From NCBI GenBank assembly GCA_031835245.2, contig JAVKOQ020000081.1:1-64000 (forward strand): DNA of 64,000 bases, in the 5' to 3' direction. Of the stretch, positions 52,324 to 64,000 are shown piece after piece (within the stretch, counting starts at the first letter, position 1; each line of letters begins with the position of its first letter). A model generated the notes under the pieces. The model was given only the letters and a program-made list of their open reading frames with translations. It had not been told where the DNA came from and searched no databases. The DNA is from Balamuthia mandrillaris. Lineage: Eukaryota. The translations under genes and the position numbers were made by a program.

Positions 52324-55300
52324 ATGCCAGCACGCAAAGGAGCAAAAGTGCAAACGCCAGCCAGCAGTGAGGAAGTTCGCTTGCGGGAAGCTGCCGAATT
52401 GAAAGAGGCCTTGAGGTTAGTATTTCTCTCTCACTCTCGCGGAAACGCTCGAAAAGTAGAGAAGCGATTGGAATTGACGCCGTTTTCGTTTTTTTTTCTT
52501 GAATAAGACGATCGAGAGAAGAGACCTCTGCCATGACTTTACTGTCTGAGAAACCAACCAGCAAAGCCTGGACCGGGGGCAACACTGTGGCCAGACTGGA
52601 GGCCGCACAGCATGGCCTGGACGAGGAGGACCTCATGTTGGATTCTTTCCTCCAGTCCAAAGGCCTCGTCCGCAAGCATACGCCCAAAGACGGAGCTTGC
52701 TTGGTACCTAATCCTCTCCTACCGCTACTGCTGCTTTCTCGCCGCTGTTTGAAGCTCCTCTCACCCATGTTGTATCGCTACAGTTCCGAGCCGTGGCGGA
52801 ACATATTTATCACACTCAGTCGATGCACGCGAAGGTGCGCAAGCAGTGCGTCGAATTTCTGGAAGGTCACCATAAGGATTTTGTGGACTTTGTGTGCACC
52901 AGCAACATGCCGTACAAACAATATCTCGCACACATGAGACAGGTTCGCCTTCCTTTTATTTGTCTGCTGTTCTGTTCTGTTCTGTTCTGTTCTTCTTTTA
53001 TTTTATTTTATTATAGCTTTGATGCTGACACTCTCTACTCTGTGATGGACAGCCAAACACGTGGGGCGGCGAAATAGAGCTTAAGGCCCTTGCACGGGCT
53101 TTCGACTGTGCCTTTCACATCTACCAACAATCCCAGGAAAAGCCAGTGGTCATCCAGGGAGATGATGGCGAACAAAGAACGCCAAAGACGCTCTATTCCT
53201 TGAGCTTCTCACACAACAACCACTACGACGTGGTATATACCAAAGAGGAATTGGAGAGGTTGACTTTTTGTCAGGGTTTGGTCTATGAAATGGTTGATAA
53301 AGCATTGGGAGGAAGCGATGAGGGCAGCACATCCGCTCAGGGGCAAACAACTTTCAAGAACATAGAGCTGGAGTCCTGGAAACATGAGATGAAGAGAAGA
53401 GAAGAAGAAGATCTGATGTACGCAGCGGTTATTGAGCGAGAAAGCAACGGTTATACGAATAATTCACAGGAAGACGATGAAGGAGAGTTTATAACGGTAG
53501 GGCGAAAGAAGAGAGGAAACGCAGCAGCGAAGTCCTCGTATTGGGGCAAAACGGGAGGCAAGGAGAGCAACGGAGTGGGAAGGGGTTATGGCGACGTCAG
53601 CCAACAAAGAGGGGCAAAGCACAACAAAAGCTTCAACGGAAACAAACCGCGGGCACAGGGAAAGCAACATTACTTTGGCAATGGACACTATAAAGAAAGA
53701 CCCGTTCGACCGGACGACAAAGATAGCTTTCCGGTGCTTAAAGGCAGCGGATTGCGACTTCAGAGCTTTGAAGGTAAATCAACGGCACAACGGAAGGAAA
53801 AGGCAATCCAAAACGGGGAAGCGACCAATACGGAACAGAAGAACTCACAAGAAATGGCGCAACAACAAACAACAACGACACAAGAAACCACCCCTGCTGC
53901 GACTACTCCTGGCACTACCTGGGGTGCTAAGAACTGGAGCTCCATCTTTTCTCAGACAGAACCCGCGGTGAAACCTGAACCTGTCGCAAACAATCATGTT
54001 CCGGAAAAGAGCAACGAAGAGCCTGCCAAACAACACAGAAAGGGTTCCATGGAACGAGACCCCGCCACGAACAAACGAAGCAAGACCAGACCAGAGCGTA
54101 AAACCTCAGACAAGGGGAAGGCTAAGCTCTTTACTCAAAACGGGACATCCGACGCCACCGCCATTACCAAAACGGACGAGCAATCACAACCAGAAAATAA
54201 AGCTGAGTCACCCGCTCCTCTCGTTCCTCCGCCTGGTGCTAAGGGAATGTGGGCCACACCAAAGAACTGGTCCCAAACTTTTCTGGAACCTGTCTCTACA
54301 CCAGCACCAACCACAACTTCATCCCAACAGCTTCACGACAGCCAACAAAACATCGACACTTCTTCTGCCACTGAAAAGGCTACAACAGAGGCAAGTCCAA
54401 TTGCAAGCAATGATTCCCAGGAACAACAACCTTCATCACCCTCTTCGTCACAAGAAAAAACAGGAGACGCAAAGGCTGAAGTTCCTCAAAAATCAGAGAA
54501 TCAGAACGAAGAGGGGCGTGACTTAGCAGATACTCGCGCAACTAACACTACTGAACATAAAGAGAGCAACAAAACCATCCCCATCGACGAAGATGCAATT
54601 TCCTCTTCAACGAACCTTGGTTTGCAAACCGAACACACTGAACAAGCATCCAACAATGAAACCGAAAAGCCAACTTCAAAGCCAACAGCATCCCCTATGA
54701 CTGAAGAGACATCTGTCGCTACTGCTGTTACTTCAAGCGGCGAGCAGCTTGTTGAACTGCAACAACGCAATGCAGCCGCACAGACGTTGGAAGATGAGCT
54801 TTACGACATACATCAACTGAATCACGCCATCAGCAACGCCATCACCACGAAGAAGCACGCAGCTGCTCTCTTCTCCCTCTCTTCTATCGCTTTTGGATCA
54901 TTTACCGCAACAAATGATCCAACTACTTCCTCCGCTCAGAAACAACAAGCCTCCTCATCTTCTCAAGACTCATCTACCGTCGCGACCACAACTTCCACCA
55001 CAGCCTCCGCCTCGCTCGTCGATGTAGATATCTCCAAAGCAACAGCGGAGAGCGAGGGTGCTATTCACTTCCAGTTTGGCACCTTCTCTCCCCGAGAGAA
55101 GCATTCCGCTGAAGAAATCTCCGCCAAAGAGGAAATAAAGTCGGAAAACAAACAACAAGGACACACCAAACAAGAATCTCCTTCCACCTCTCCTTCTGCT
55201 TCATCCCAAAACGAAGCTACAACTACTGCCGATGAAAAGCAGCCACACAACAGCCATCACACTCATAAACCGCCCCGCGGCAACAACAAGTCACACCAAC

Positions 55301-56187
55301 ACAACCGCACCAGCCCATCCTACCAACAACGCAACAAACACAACCGCCAAACGAACAATAGCAATTCTGAACCGTTGACCAGCGACACTGCTGCGCTTCC
55401 AACTCCTCACCAATCCAGCTATGCCCCACCCCTTCATCATCCCCACGCCTATTCTCCCCATTACCAACACCCCCACCCATACGTCCACCACCAACAGGCC
55501 TATCACTATCCTCACCAACAACAAGCCTACTATGCGCCTGCCGCCTATGTGCCTGCGCCCCATGCTGCCTACTATCCTTCTCACCCTCATTATAACCATC
55601 ACCATCCTCAATACCACCCTGCCGCTATGCCTTATGCCTCTCACCACCTTCATCACCAAGGCATGGCCCCTTCTTCTCCTCAGGAAGGAGGAGCACAACC
55701 TTATTGGACTCCTTCCTCCACGGCATATGATGGTGCTGCCACCTACGAAACTTACGATGCTGCTCCCGCTGGTGTGATGTATCACGATGGTTCCTATGAG
55801 GGTGGCGTTGCTTACGAGGGTGGAGGCTATGAAGCTTATGCTCTCGCTCCCCATCCTGGCGCCATGGCGTATGCACCTCATCCTCACCATCCTCATCAGA
55901 TGTATGGTGCTTATCATCCTGCTGGTGCGTATGATTACTCTGCCTATGAACAACCGGTGTACGCGGACGGACCTCCGGGCAGCTCTGAGCAAGCGGTTGT
56001 CTATCCTCACAGTCATCATCACTATTCGCCAAGCCAGCCTGATGCCTACACTCCTCCTTCCTCTTATTCCTCCACATCTTCTTCTGTTCCTTATTCATCC
56101 TCCGCTTCTTCTGCATCTTCCTCATCTTCTTCTTCGTCCTCTTCTTCTGCGTCCTCCTCTTCCTCCTCCTCTTCCACTTCTTCTTAG
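52324..56187 (+). CDS. OTU-domain deubiquitinase (OTUD4/ALG13-like) with long disordered, H/Y/P-rich tail
   Basis: KDGACL|FRAV (catalytic D/C), TWGGEIELKAL and SFSHNNHYDVVY (catalytic H); exon 1 MPARKG splices in frame. Confidence 0.88.
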
Positions 56188-56581
56188 GGCTAAATAAAAA
56201 ATTGCTCTCCTATTTAACCAAAAGAAGAGAGCAAACGACGCAAAATTTGTTTTTATTTCGCCATCCATGTCTTTATGAACGGGACAAAGGTGGCCTCGAC
56301 TGTGCCAAAGTAAGGATCGCCTCGAATAGCAGAGTCTGTCCGTCTTTCGTTTGCGTTACTTGTTTGCAGCCACACACACTCCCAAAAGCTTACTTTTGTC
56401 TTAGTGCTTTCCCCTTCATTTTGACTGAAGAAAGAGATGAAACGGCTTGAACAAGTTACAGTTTCTTTTTGGCATACAATGCCCTCCATTTGCGTGAGTC
56501 TGCCAACTCTCAATAGAGGACAAAAATGAAGAGCGAAAACCGATTTTACTTACAAATAAGAAAAATAAAAAAACATGGGTT

Positions 56582-58436
56582 TTACGTTCGGAGCCTTTTT
56601 TCAGGTGGTGTAATGTCTCTGAGGCCAAAGGAGGGCGGCGGGAAACTCTTTCCACCACTACCACCACTACTATTGCTGCCCATGGCAGATGATGCGGGTG
56701 GTGAACCAGAGGATGAGCCTTGATGGTGTTGTTGTTGGCTAAAGGAAGATGAGGACGAAGAGGAGTAATTGTTGTTGGGTTGAGAATAAGAGTGATTGTT
56801 GTTGGAATAGCCGCCAGAGCCAGAGGCAGTACTGGTACCAGGAGGAGCCGTGGAACTGATGGGTTGGGATTGTTGTTGGGAGAGAGGAGTGGCGGTGGCC
56901 TCGTAGCCTCTCTTCCCTCGAGAGTAAGGAGGTACGGGAGTGGCTTGCGAATCAGCGGAGAGACTTTCTAGCAAATGTGCATCGGTTGCTGTATGATGTG
57001 AACAGAGGATTAAGAAAAGCAGAGAGAGAAGCATAGAAGTTAGAAACGTACAGTCTTGAGACAACGGTGGAAGGCCTTGTTGTTGCGAGTAATAAGGGTT
57101 TGTAGAGTTATTCATCTGACTTGGTGCGGTTCTAATAGTGGGCGAAAAGTGAGGAACAGAGTTGATGCCTCCTTGTTGTGGTTGTTGTACATCGACGGTT
57201 GTTTTCAAAGGAAGAGGCTGTGAGACAGAACCCACAGACGAGTTGGAAGGCTGTTGCTGTGTGAAGGAGGAGCCTTGAGAATACGAGCCATGTTGTTGTT
57301 GTTGCGGTTGTGGGCTGGTGAATGAATAAGGCTTGTTATTGATACCAGTTGATGACGACGTCGAGGAAGAAGGTGAAGACTGGCCATAACCAGTTTGGGA
57401 TGGTTGATAGGGAGACGCGATATTTTGTAGTTGTGGAGGTTGTGGATAGGCCGTAGGAGGAGCAAAGCCCTTCGCAGCAGACAGGTCGTGAGGATTGTGA
57501 GCTGCTGCCGAGGGAGCTGCTGGTGGCTGCATCTGGGAAATAGCCGTTGTGGAGTAGCCGTTGATGCTGTTGGACACATATGGATTAACCGGACTCTCCT
57601 CCAAGAAACCCGCTTCGCCCTAACACACACAAGAAGAAAACAAAAGGGCGCACAAAGAATAAGAGCAAAGTGGAAAAGAACATAAGCAAGAAACAAGAAC
57701 CTTTTTGGTGGATTTCAACTTGGTCAAATGTTGCTTGTCGTAGAGACAGTTGCCGAGAGCATTGCCGTACAACCTGAGGGCACGCTTCCGGGCGTCCGAC
57801 ACGGCCTCCTTCTTGGCGTGCTCGATAGCGCTGCCTTTCTTCGGGTGTTCGGACATGCCGTAGCCCACGTCCTCGTGGTAGGTCCCATCCTTGAGGCAAA
57901 CCTTCACGATGGCCGTCACTCCAACAGAGTACCTTCCTTGTCGTGTCTCTTCAATCTTTGTTAACGTTTTTTTTGTTAGGAAGGAACTGTTGTTGCACAA
58001 CAACAGAAAGAAGAAGAAGAAGATTGGAAAAGAACGAAAAAAAACAGTAGAAGTAGGTACATAATCAGGCACAATGTCAACAACAGAGCAGCTCCACCCG
58101 TTGAATCCGAAAATCTGATTGGCAATCTCGATCGCTTTCCAACTTTCCACATAGGTATAATGTGCTGCCCAAGGCGGGTTTTTTTTGTGAGCCAAAAACA
58201 AAAAAAAAGAAAGAAAGAAGAAAGCGCTTACATCCCGCAGCGCCAGGACGAGTGGCCAGATGTTCCTTGCCCAGCTTCTTTTGCAAGAGCTCGCGCACGA
58301 TCTGCCTCTCGCCGGGGCTGAACTCCTGGTGCCCAAACAGCCTGGGTTGGTTCGTGGAGGAAGAAGAAGAAGAAGAGAAAGAGCCCTCCGACTTGTCTCT
58401 ACCTCCCCCACCGCCACCTTCTACATTTTTCTCCAT
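56582..58436 (-). CDS. RAD52: Rad52/Rad22 DNA annealing and recombination protein
   Basis: LQKKLGKEHLATRPG, YVESWKAIEIANQIFGFNGWS, LKDGTYHEDVGYG and AKKEAVSDARKRALRLYGNALGNCLYD motifs. Confidence 0.96.
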
Positions 58437-59247
58437 TTACTACCACAGCTGCGGGGTGGCCCAACGTCTAGTATTCTTCTTTTTTTGTTTTGTTTTCTTT
58501 TGCGTTGGTTCTAAATTTTTTCGTGGAAGAGATTTGCATTTTTAATTATGCGAAGAGAATTTTCTGTTCCTGGAATTATTTTAAATGTTTGAGGAGCCTT
58601 CGATGATAAACATTGGCACAAGAAAGGAGGGCCGCCAAGCATGAGTGCTTTTTGCCGAGGTTCCTCTTTACTTGCCACCCTGGAAGCATGGAGTGTTACA
58701 GAACAACCTCGGTGACGTTCCTTTCGTGTTATATAGCATAGTTTTCACTCCATGCAAAACAACACGATGTTCACTCTGCTTTACAACGAGTTACAGTATT
58801 CCTAGGAATGCGACAGAAAACGACTTGAGCGTTTTTTTTTTTTGGCAGTGTGACGGGAACAACACGGAAGAGAGACATTCACAAAAGGCCTTCCTTCGAT
58901 GTGTCATGCGAAATCAAAAATGCTTATGCCGGGAGTCGAACGGCCTCCGCTGACAGATAGCCACGAAATTTCATCCATCCAACCTTTGTATTTTCTTCTT
59001 CCGGCCGCTAGACTTGCCACCAGTTTTCTTCGAGATCCACAATCAAACCAACTTTGAAGTTGTAAAGCCTCCTCCACTGGTTTGATTTTTGAACTTCACC
59101 AGGCTCCCCTTCTCTTAGTTTTTGTTTTTTCTGTTTTAGAAACCAAAGAAACAGGAGAAGTGGCACCAACTTCCTTGTTAACCAAGTTCAACAACCAACC
59201 ACAACCATAAACCACCACGAAAAATAATCACGAAACAAAAGACCGAC

Positions 59248-61923
59248 ATGCATAAAATGCAATGTGCAACGAAGGTGCCTGCCCTGCGCAGAGAGGCGCT
59301 CTCCGCTTTGACCACCCGCAACAAGGCCCTGCTTCCATCCACCACTTCCTCTTCCCTCTTCTCCTCCTCCTGCTCTGGAAGATCCTTGTTCACCTCCAGC
59401 TCTGCTTCTCATAAGGTCTCTCCTCTCCTTCTCGCTGCCAGAAGGGAGCTTCAGTCTTCTTCCGTCTTTTCCTCCAGAAGAGGTTATGCTGTCTTCAACC
59501 CGAACCATGGCAAAAAGTCGAATGCCTTCAGCCATAAGACTGCCTGGCTGGTGGGAGCGGTCGTGACTGGAGGATATCTGCTCTATATGATGGAACGCCT
59601 GGAGAGGGACGTGGACAAGACCGATGCCAAGCTGGCCGGGGCCAAGGAGCCGGCCAGAGAGAAGGCCAGAGAGGCCGGCGTACGGGAGGACCACGACATG
59701 ACCGCTCTCACCAAGAAAGGTTACGACAAGCTGAGAGAAGGAACCAGTACCGCCATCAAGAAGACCACCGGCATCGAGGTCGGCGAGCAGAAGGACCATA
59801 GGAGCAAGGAGGAGAAGAGGGAGGACGCTCGCATGCAGGACGCTATGCAGAGAAGCAGAGAGGAGGCCAAGAAGAACCATCCAGAGCTGTACAAGCGAGC
59901 GAAGAGGGAGGGACGCGAGGCGTATGGTGAGTACCAGGAGCATTACGAGAAGGTGCCCACCTTGAGGGAGGAGGCAGCCGAAACGCTGCAACAAGCCAAA
60001 GAGAAGACGAAAGAGGTGGCAGAAAAAACAAAAGAGACGTATCGAGAGGGCAAAGAGATGGCCCGTGAAGTCTCCGACAAGGCTAAACAAACCTATCAAA
60101 AGAGCAAAGAGAAGGTTGGCCAGATGGCAGAAACGGCGGAAGAAACTTACGAACGAGGCAAGAAGAAAACGGGGGAGGCTTGGCAACAGGGAAAGCAGGT
60201 GGCTGAAGAGGTCGCGAAGAAAGTGGAGGAGACCTATGAAAAAGGAAAGGAGTTGGGAGAGAGAGCCAAAGAACAGTATCAGCGAGGGAAGGAGAAAGCA
60301 GCTGAGGTGGCGGAAGAAGCGGAGGAGACTTACGAAGAAGGTAAAGAGAAAGCTAAACAAGTTGGAAGAACCGTTCAGGACAAGTTCCAACGAGGCAAAG
60401 AGAAGGTGGGAGAAATGGCTGAAGAAGCCGAAGAGACCTATGAAAAAGGCAAAAAGAAAGCCAAGGAAGCAGCCAGAACTGCTCAAGACAAATATCAACA
60501 AGGAAAAGAGAAGATTGGAGAGATGGCAGAAGGAGCAGAAGATATTTATGAAGAAGGTAAAGAGAAAGCGAAAGAGGCAGCCAAAAAGGCTTCAGTCAAG
60601 TACCAACGAGGCAAAGAGCAGATGGAAGATACTTACAAAGCAGGCAAAGAGAAAGCCAAGGAAGCAACCAGAAGTGCTCAAGGCAAGTATCAACGAGGCA
60701 AAGAGCAGATGGAAGATACTTACGAAGAAGGAAAGCAAAAAGACGAAGAATTAGGAGAACGAGCCAAACAACAGCTTCAACGCGGCAAAGAGAAAGCAGA
60801 AGAGTTGTATCAACGAGGCAAGGAAAAAACTGGAGAAACCTACGAAGAAGGAAAGAAGAAGGCAGAAGAAGGATACCAAGGAGGAAGGCAAAAAGGCGAG
60901 GAATTGGGAGAGAGAGCTAAACAACAACTTCAACGAGGAAAAGAAAAAATCGGCGAGGCGATGGAAGCTGGTAAAGAGAAAGCAAAACAAGTGAAGGAGA
61001 AGACCCAAGAAGCGTTTGAAAGTGGAAAAGAAAGAGCGAAGGGAGCTGCTGAAGAATTGCGTAAACAACAACGAAGCGGACGCGATGAAGTAGAACAAAA
61101 AGGGATGTTGCAGAAAGCCAAAGAAACGGCGGTAGACACTTACGAGCAAGGCAAAGAGAAAGCCAAAGAATTGGGGCAAGAAGCCAAAGAAGCGATGAAG
61201 CCGCGTCCTGAACAATCACCAAAACAACGTAACGTGGGAGAAGAAGCTAAACCAAAGCAGGACCAACAACAACCTGGTCTGCTACAGAACATTGCGATGG
61301 TGGGACACGAGTTGGTGGACAAAGTGGCTCATAAAGCTGGTGAAATTGTAGGAGGAAACCGAAAAGAGGATGACGAAGAGCGACAGAAAGCCATCGAGAA
61401 AGAAGCGGAACAAATTCGACGAAGAAATAGAGGAGAAAACGAAGAAAAGGGAAGAACCGGCGGAGAAGTAGAAAAAGGAATGATGCAGAGAGCCTCTGAT
61501 AAAGCTCACGAACTGGACGAAGCCACAAAAGAAGCTCTAGATCAAATGACTGACGAAGAGAAAGAGCAGAGAAAACGATCCTCTTCTCTCCCTCCTCCAA
61601 AACAACCTACCGAACCAACAAAAGAGCGAAAGGAGGAGAAGGAAGGAGACGTCGCTCCTTGGATGAAACCAGACACGAGACATCGCAACCTGGACAAACG
61701 CTACCAAGCCATCAAAGACTCTGCGGAGGAAGTCAAACGCAAACCCTTTGAGAGAAGAGATGCTGCCTATCGCGCTCGCAAAGAAGGCTCTTTGAGGCAC
61801 TACAACGATGCTCAGTCCACCTACACAATGCACGAGACGCCTCATATCGACGGCAAGAGCCTCGAGCAGACCAGAGAGGCAGCCAAAGGCACCACTCGCG
61901 GCGTTCGTCAAACCAGCAGGTGA
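59248..61923 (+). CDS. LEA-like (group 3-type) hydrophilin with mitochondrial presequence and one transmembrane helix; intronless
   Basis: S/R-rich N-terminus ending near SRRGY; hydrophobic AWLVGAVVTGGYLLYMM; many 18-22-aa repeats of type ETYE.GKEKA.E / KYQRGKEK. Confidence 0.8.
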   Translation: MHKMQCATKVPALRREALSALTTRNKALLPSTTSSSLFSSSCSGRSLFTSSSASHKVSPLLLAARRELQSSSVFSSRRGYAVFNPNHGKKSNAFSHKTAWLVGAVVTGGYLLYMMERLERDVDKTDAKLAGAKEPAREKAREAGVREDHDMTALTKKGYDKLREGTSTAIKKTTGIEVGEQKDHRSKEEKREDARMQDAMQRSREEAKKNHPELYKRAKREGREAYGEYQEHYEKVPTLREEAAETLQQAKEKTKEVAEKTKETYREGKEMAREVSDKAKQTYQKSKEKVGQMAETAEETYERGKKKTGEAWQQGKQVAEEVAKKVEETYEKGKELGERAKEQYQRGKEKAAEVAEEAEETYEEGKEKAKQVGRTVQDKFQRGKEKVGEMAEEAEETYEKGKKKAKEAARTAQDKYQQGKEKIGEMAEGAEDIYEEGKEKAKEAAKKASVKYQRGKEQMEDTYKAGKEKAKEATRSAQGKYQRGKEQMEDTYEEGKQKDEELGERAKQQLQRGKEKAEELYQRGKEKTGETYEEGKKKAEEGYQGGRQKGEELGERAKQQLQRGKEKIGEAMEAGKEKAKQVKEKTQEAFESGKERAKGAAEELRKQQRSGRDEVEQKGMLQKAKETAVDTYEQGKEKAKELGQEAKEAMKPRPEQSPKQRNVGEEAKPKQDQQQPGLLQNIAMVGHELVDKVAHKAGEIVGGNRKEDDEERQKAIEKEAEQIRRRNRGENEEKGRTGGEVEKGMMQRASDKAHELDEATKEALDQMTDEEKEQRKRSSSLPPPKQPTEPTKERKEEKEGDVAPWMKPDTRHRNLDKRYQAIKDSAEEVKRKPFERRDAAYRARKEGSLRHYNDAQSTYTMHETPHIDGKSLEQTREAAKGTTRGVRQTSR

Positions 61924-62136
61924 ACGCGACGAAGGAAAGAGGATGATGACCTCCCCTCTCTCTATTGTATAGCTTTTCACACCTTCAAAAGAAAAAGATG
62001 TTTTTTCTAATATGTTTTTCATTTTAAAAAGGACAAACGATTGAATGGGTGTGTCCTTTTATGGAGCGGCGTTGGTGTGTCTCTTCCTGAGGAAGGATGG
62101 GAATGTCGTCTTCACCAGCCGAGGTACCAGAGAGGA

Positions 62137-64000
62137 ATGGGCTGTTGGAAGGGGAGGTTTTGGCGGTGGTGGTTGGTCTGGACCGTCTTATACGGTCTGA
62201 CGGTGAACGGCCAGTTCTTCTTCCCAACAACCGACATCGAGGTTTGCAGAAGAGAAGAGTGCGTGACATTGTTCCTTCTTTATCCCTCAGCGACGTGCTC
62301 CGCTGACTTGAACTTTAAAAAGCTGCGATGTGAAGATATTGGTGAAAGCTTATCTTACCAATGAAGGGCACAACTGGGAGCTAGAATACACGCTGGATGA
62401 TGGTAAAACCTTTCTTTCTTTCCAATTGCAAGCCGTTAACAACTAGCGACAAAGACGTAAGTTTCAAGGATCAGTATGACCGCACATGGAAAGCAGCCGA
62501 ACCTATCCAGCTCCGTCTTCGTCGCACCCTGTCACGAATAGGTCCTCCTTTCGTTTCTCTTTCATGCTAACTCTTTCTTTTGCTTCCGCTGAAACAGACT
62601 CTGTCTCACTTTAACAGAATACGGAATGACCTACGAAGGAGCCTACAAGAACGCATACGAAGTTCGAACGGGACGGACTTCCTCCGAGCGTTGTCCCGCC
62701 GATCGCGTGTGCTGCCCCAACGACGCCTCCTTCTTCCCTCTCATCGGCTCCGAGAGTTACTTGGCCCAAAACCAAACTCTCTATCGCTCCTTCTCCGTCG
62801 GAAGAGGCAGCTGGGTCTATGCCGTCGAGGTCACCGCCACGCAGGGAACCGCCTTTGAGAGCTTGCGTCTAAGCAACCTCAACCCCTCCGACTCGATGCC
62901 CAGTTTAACCGCTCAAGTCTCCAGCAGTTCGCTGGTGCTCTCCTCGTTTGCCGACTTTAGTCCCTTTCGCTTGGTTTCATCGGAGGAGGAGAGCAAGGAG
63001 AAGGCCTTTGTGGTGCCGCTGCACTGGTTCGGCACCGACGTGAACAGGATCGGCATGACCAAACAGAGTTGGATGAACCACAAGCGATGCGAGGCTTCTC
63101 CTGAAACCTCATCGCTTACCGCTGTCGATGGAGGTTCCAGGTTTGCTTTTCATCTTTAACGGGAAGCTAGCGCTTCAGTCTTCTAACCACTAGTGTTGTT
63201 GTGTCGTACGAAGATATGATCAGTTTTCAAAGTTTCGAGGAGACACGGTGAATACTCTGGCAGAAGGGTGTCTGCTCATACCAGAGCTCTCATTCACTGA
63301 TCCCAGTAAACCTTCGCAGCTTAAACAGGTTTTTGCGTTCGCTTCCGCTTCCTGTTTGCAATGCTTCTCACTCTGTTCTTTCTCTCTCTCTTTATAGTCG
63401 TTTGACTGCGAAAACGTTGGCTCGCTAAGGGTTATGATGGAACTCTCTACGAGTTCCTTTCGGCTGAGAGCTTTGTTTGGCCGTCCTTTCATAACCGTTC
63501 GTGCTCTTCGCTCTCTTCTCGCTGCTTTATCGTCTTGTTCTTTTCTGACTTTCAACAAAAAAAGGCATCGGGCGTGTTTCCCATCCAAGAAGGCGATACC
63601 CAAGCTTTGTTATGTAAGCACAAGCGTTCGTTTGTCTGGTTGTTCTTTCGTTTCTGTCTCTTCTGATGACTATGGTTTCCTTCTTCTTCGCGGATGCAGA
63701 CATTGATTGCAGCAACCAGGGAGATAGCACAAGCGTTTTTGAGTTTCAGCCGGTGAGATGTTGCATAGAGCTGGCTAGTCGCTTGCAAATGGATTGTGAG
63801 GTTGACCTTCTTCTTCCCCTTCTTCCTCTCCTGTTTCATTCTGTGCGCAGGAAAAGCTAAAAGAGTGAGTGTAGAGTGTTTCATTTGCGCGTGCCCTCTC
63901 CAGAACTATCGACAAAGACGAAACCGCACGAGTGATATTCACGATCCATAACGAGGTCCTTCTTTCTTCTTCCGTTACAAGGTTTTTTGTCTTCTCATTC
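62137..64000 (+). CDS. Divergent HAP2/GCS1 (fusexin)-like secreted or membrane protein, 5' part; probably runs off the window
   Basis: Signal peptide MGCWKGRFWRWWLVWTVLYGLTVNG; hand-spliced exons give PIQLRLRRTLSRIEYGMTYEGAYKNAYE, LYRSFSVG...YAVEV, NRIGMTKQSW...RC, SLRVMMELSTSSF and YIDCSNQGD in HAP2 order. Confidence 0.5.

Noticed and set aside
59188..60501. 437-aa hydrophobic antisense ORF
   Set aside because: Shadow of the A/G-rich repetitive LEA coding strand.
62097..62306. ORF MSSSPAEVPERN as first exon of the last gene
   Set aside because: Its splice phases lead to stop codons; the overlapping frame from 62137 gives a signal peptide and an open spliced frame.

Overview
Compact, intron-rich eukaryotic genomic DNA with about 27 genes, short GT-AG introns often filled with (CT)n/(GA)n microsatellites, and short intergenic regions. 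The gene content (SHK-type kinase-SH2, NCS-1-like EF-hand protein, TKL kinase) suggests an amoebozoan protist; this is an inference. Housekeeping genes include PIP5K, TMEM222, an RCC1-repeat protein, TM9SF, PMM, a RING-H2 ligase, two F-box proteins, bystin, NADP-IDH, a RhoGEF, PP2C, an MBOAT, an OTU deubiquitinase and RAD52. The most notable region is 46068-48748: an intact RAG1/Transib/Chapaev-like DDE transposase/recombinase with two N-terminal Zn-finger modules, paired tail-to-tail with an overlapping small unknown gene and head-to-head with a bacterial-type, probably mitochondrial RecQ. Also notable: a divergent HAP2/GCS1 (fusexin)-like gene at the right edge, a ~120-bp structured element present twice, a divergent RFX factor, a bL25-like protein and a mitochondrial LEA-like protein. 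All gene models were spliced by eye and homology calls come from remembered motifs, not database searches.
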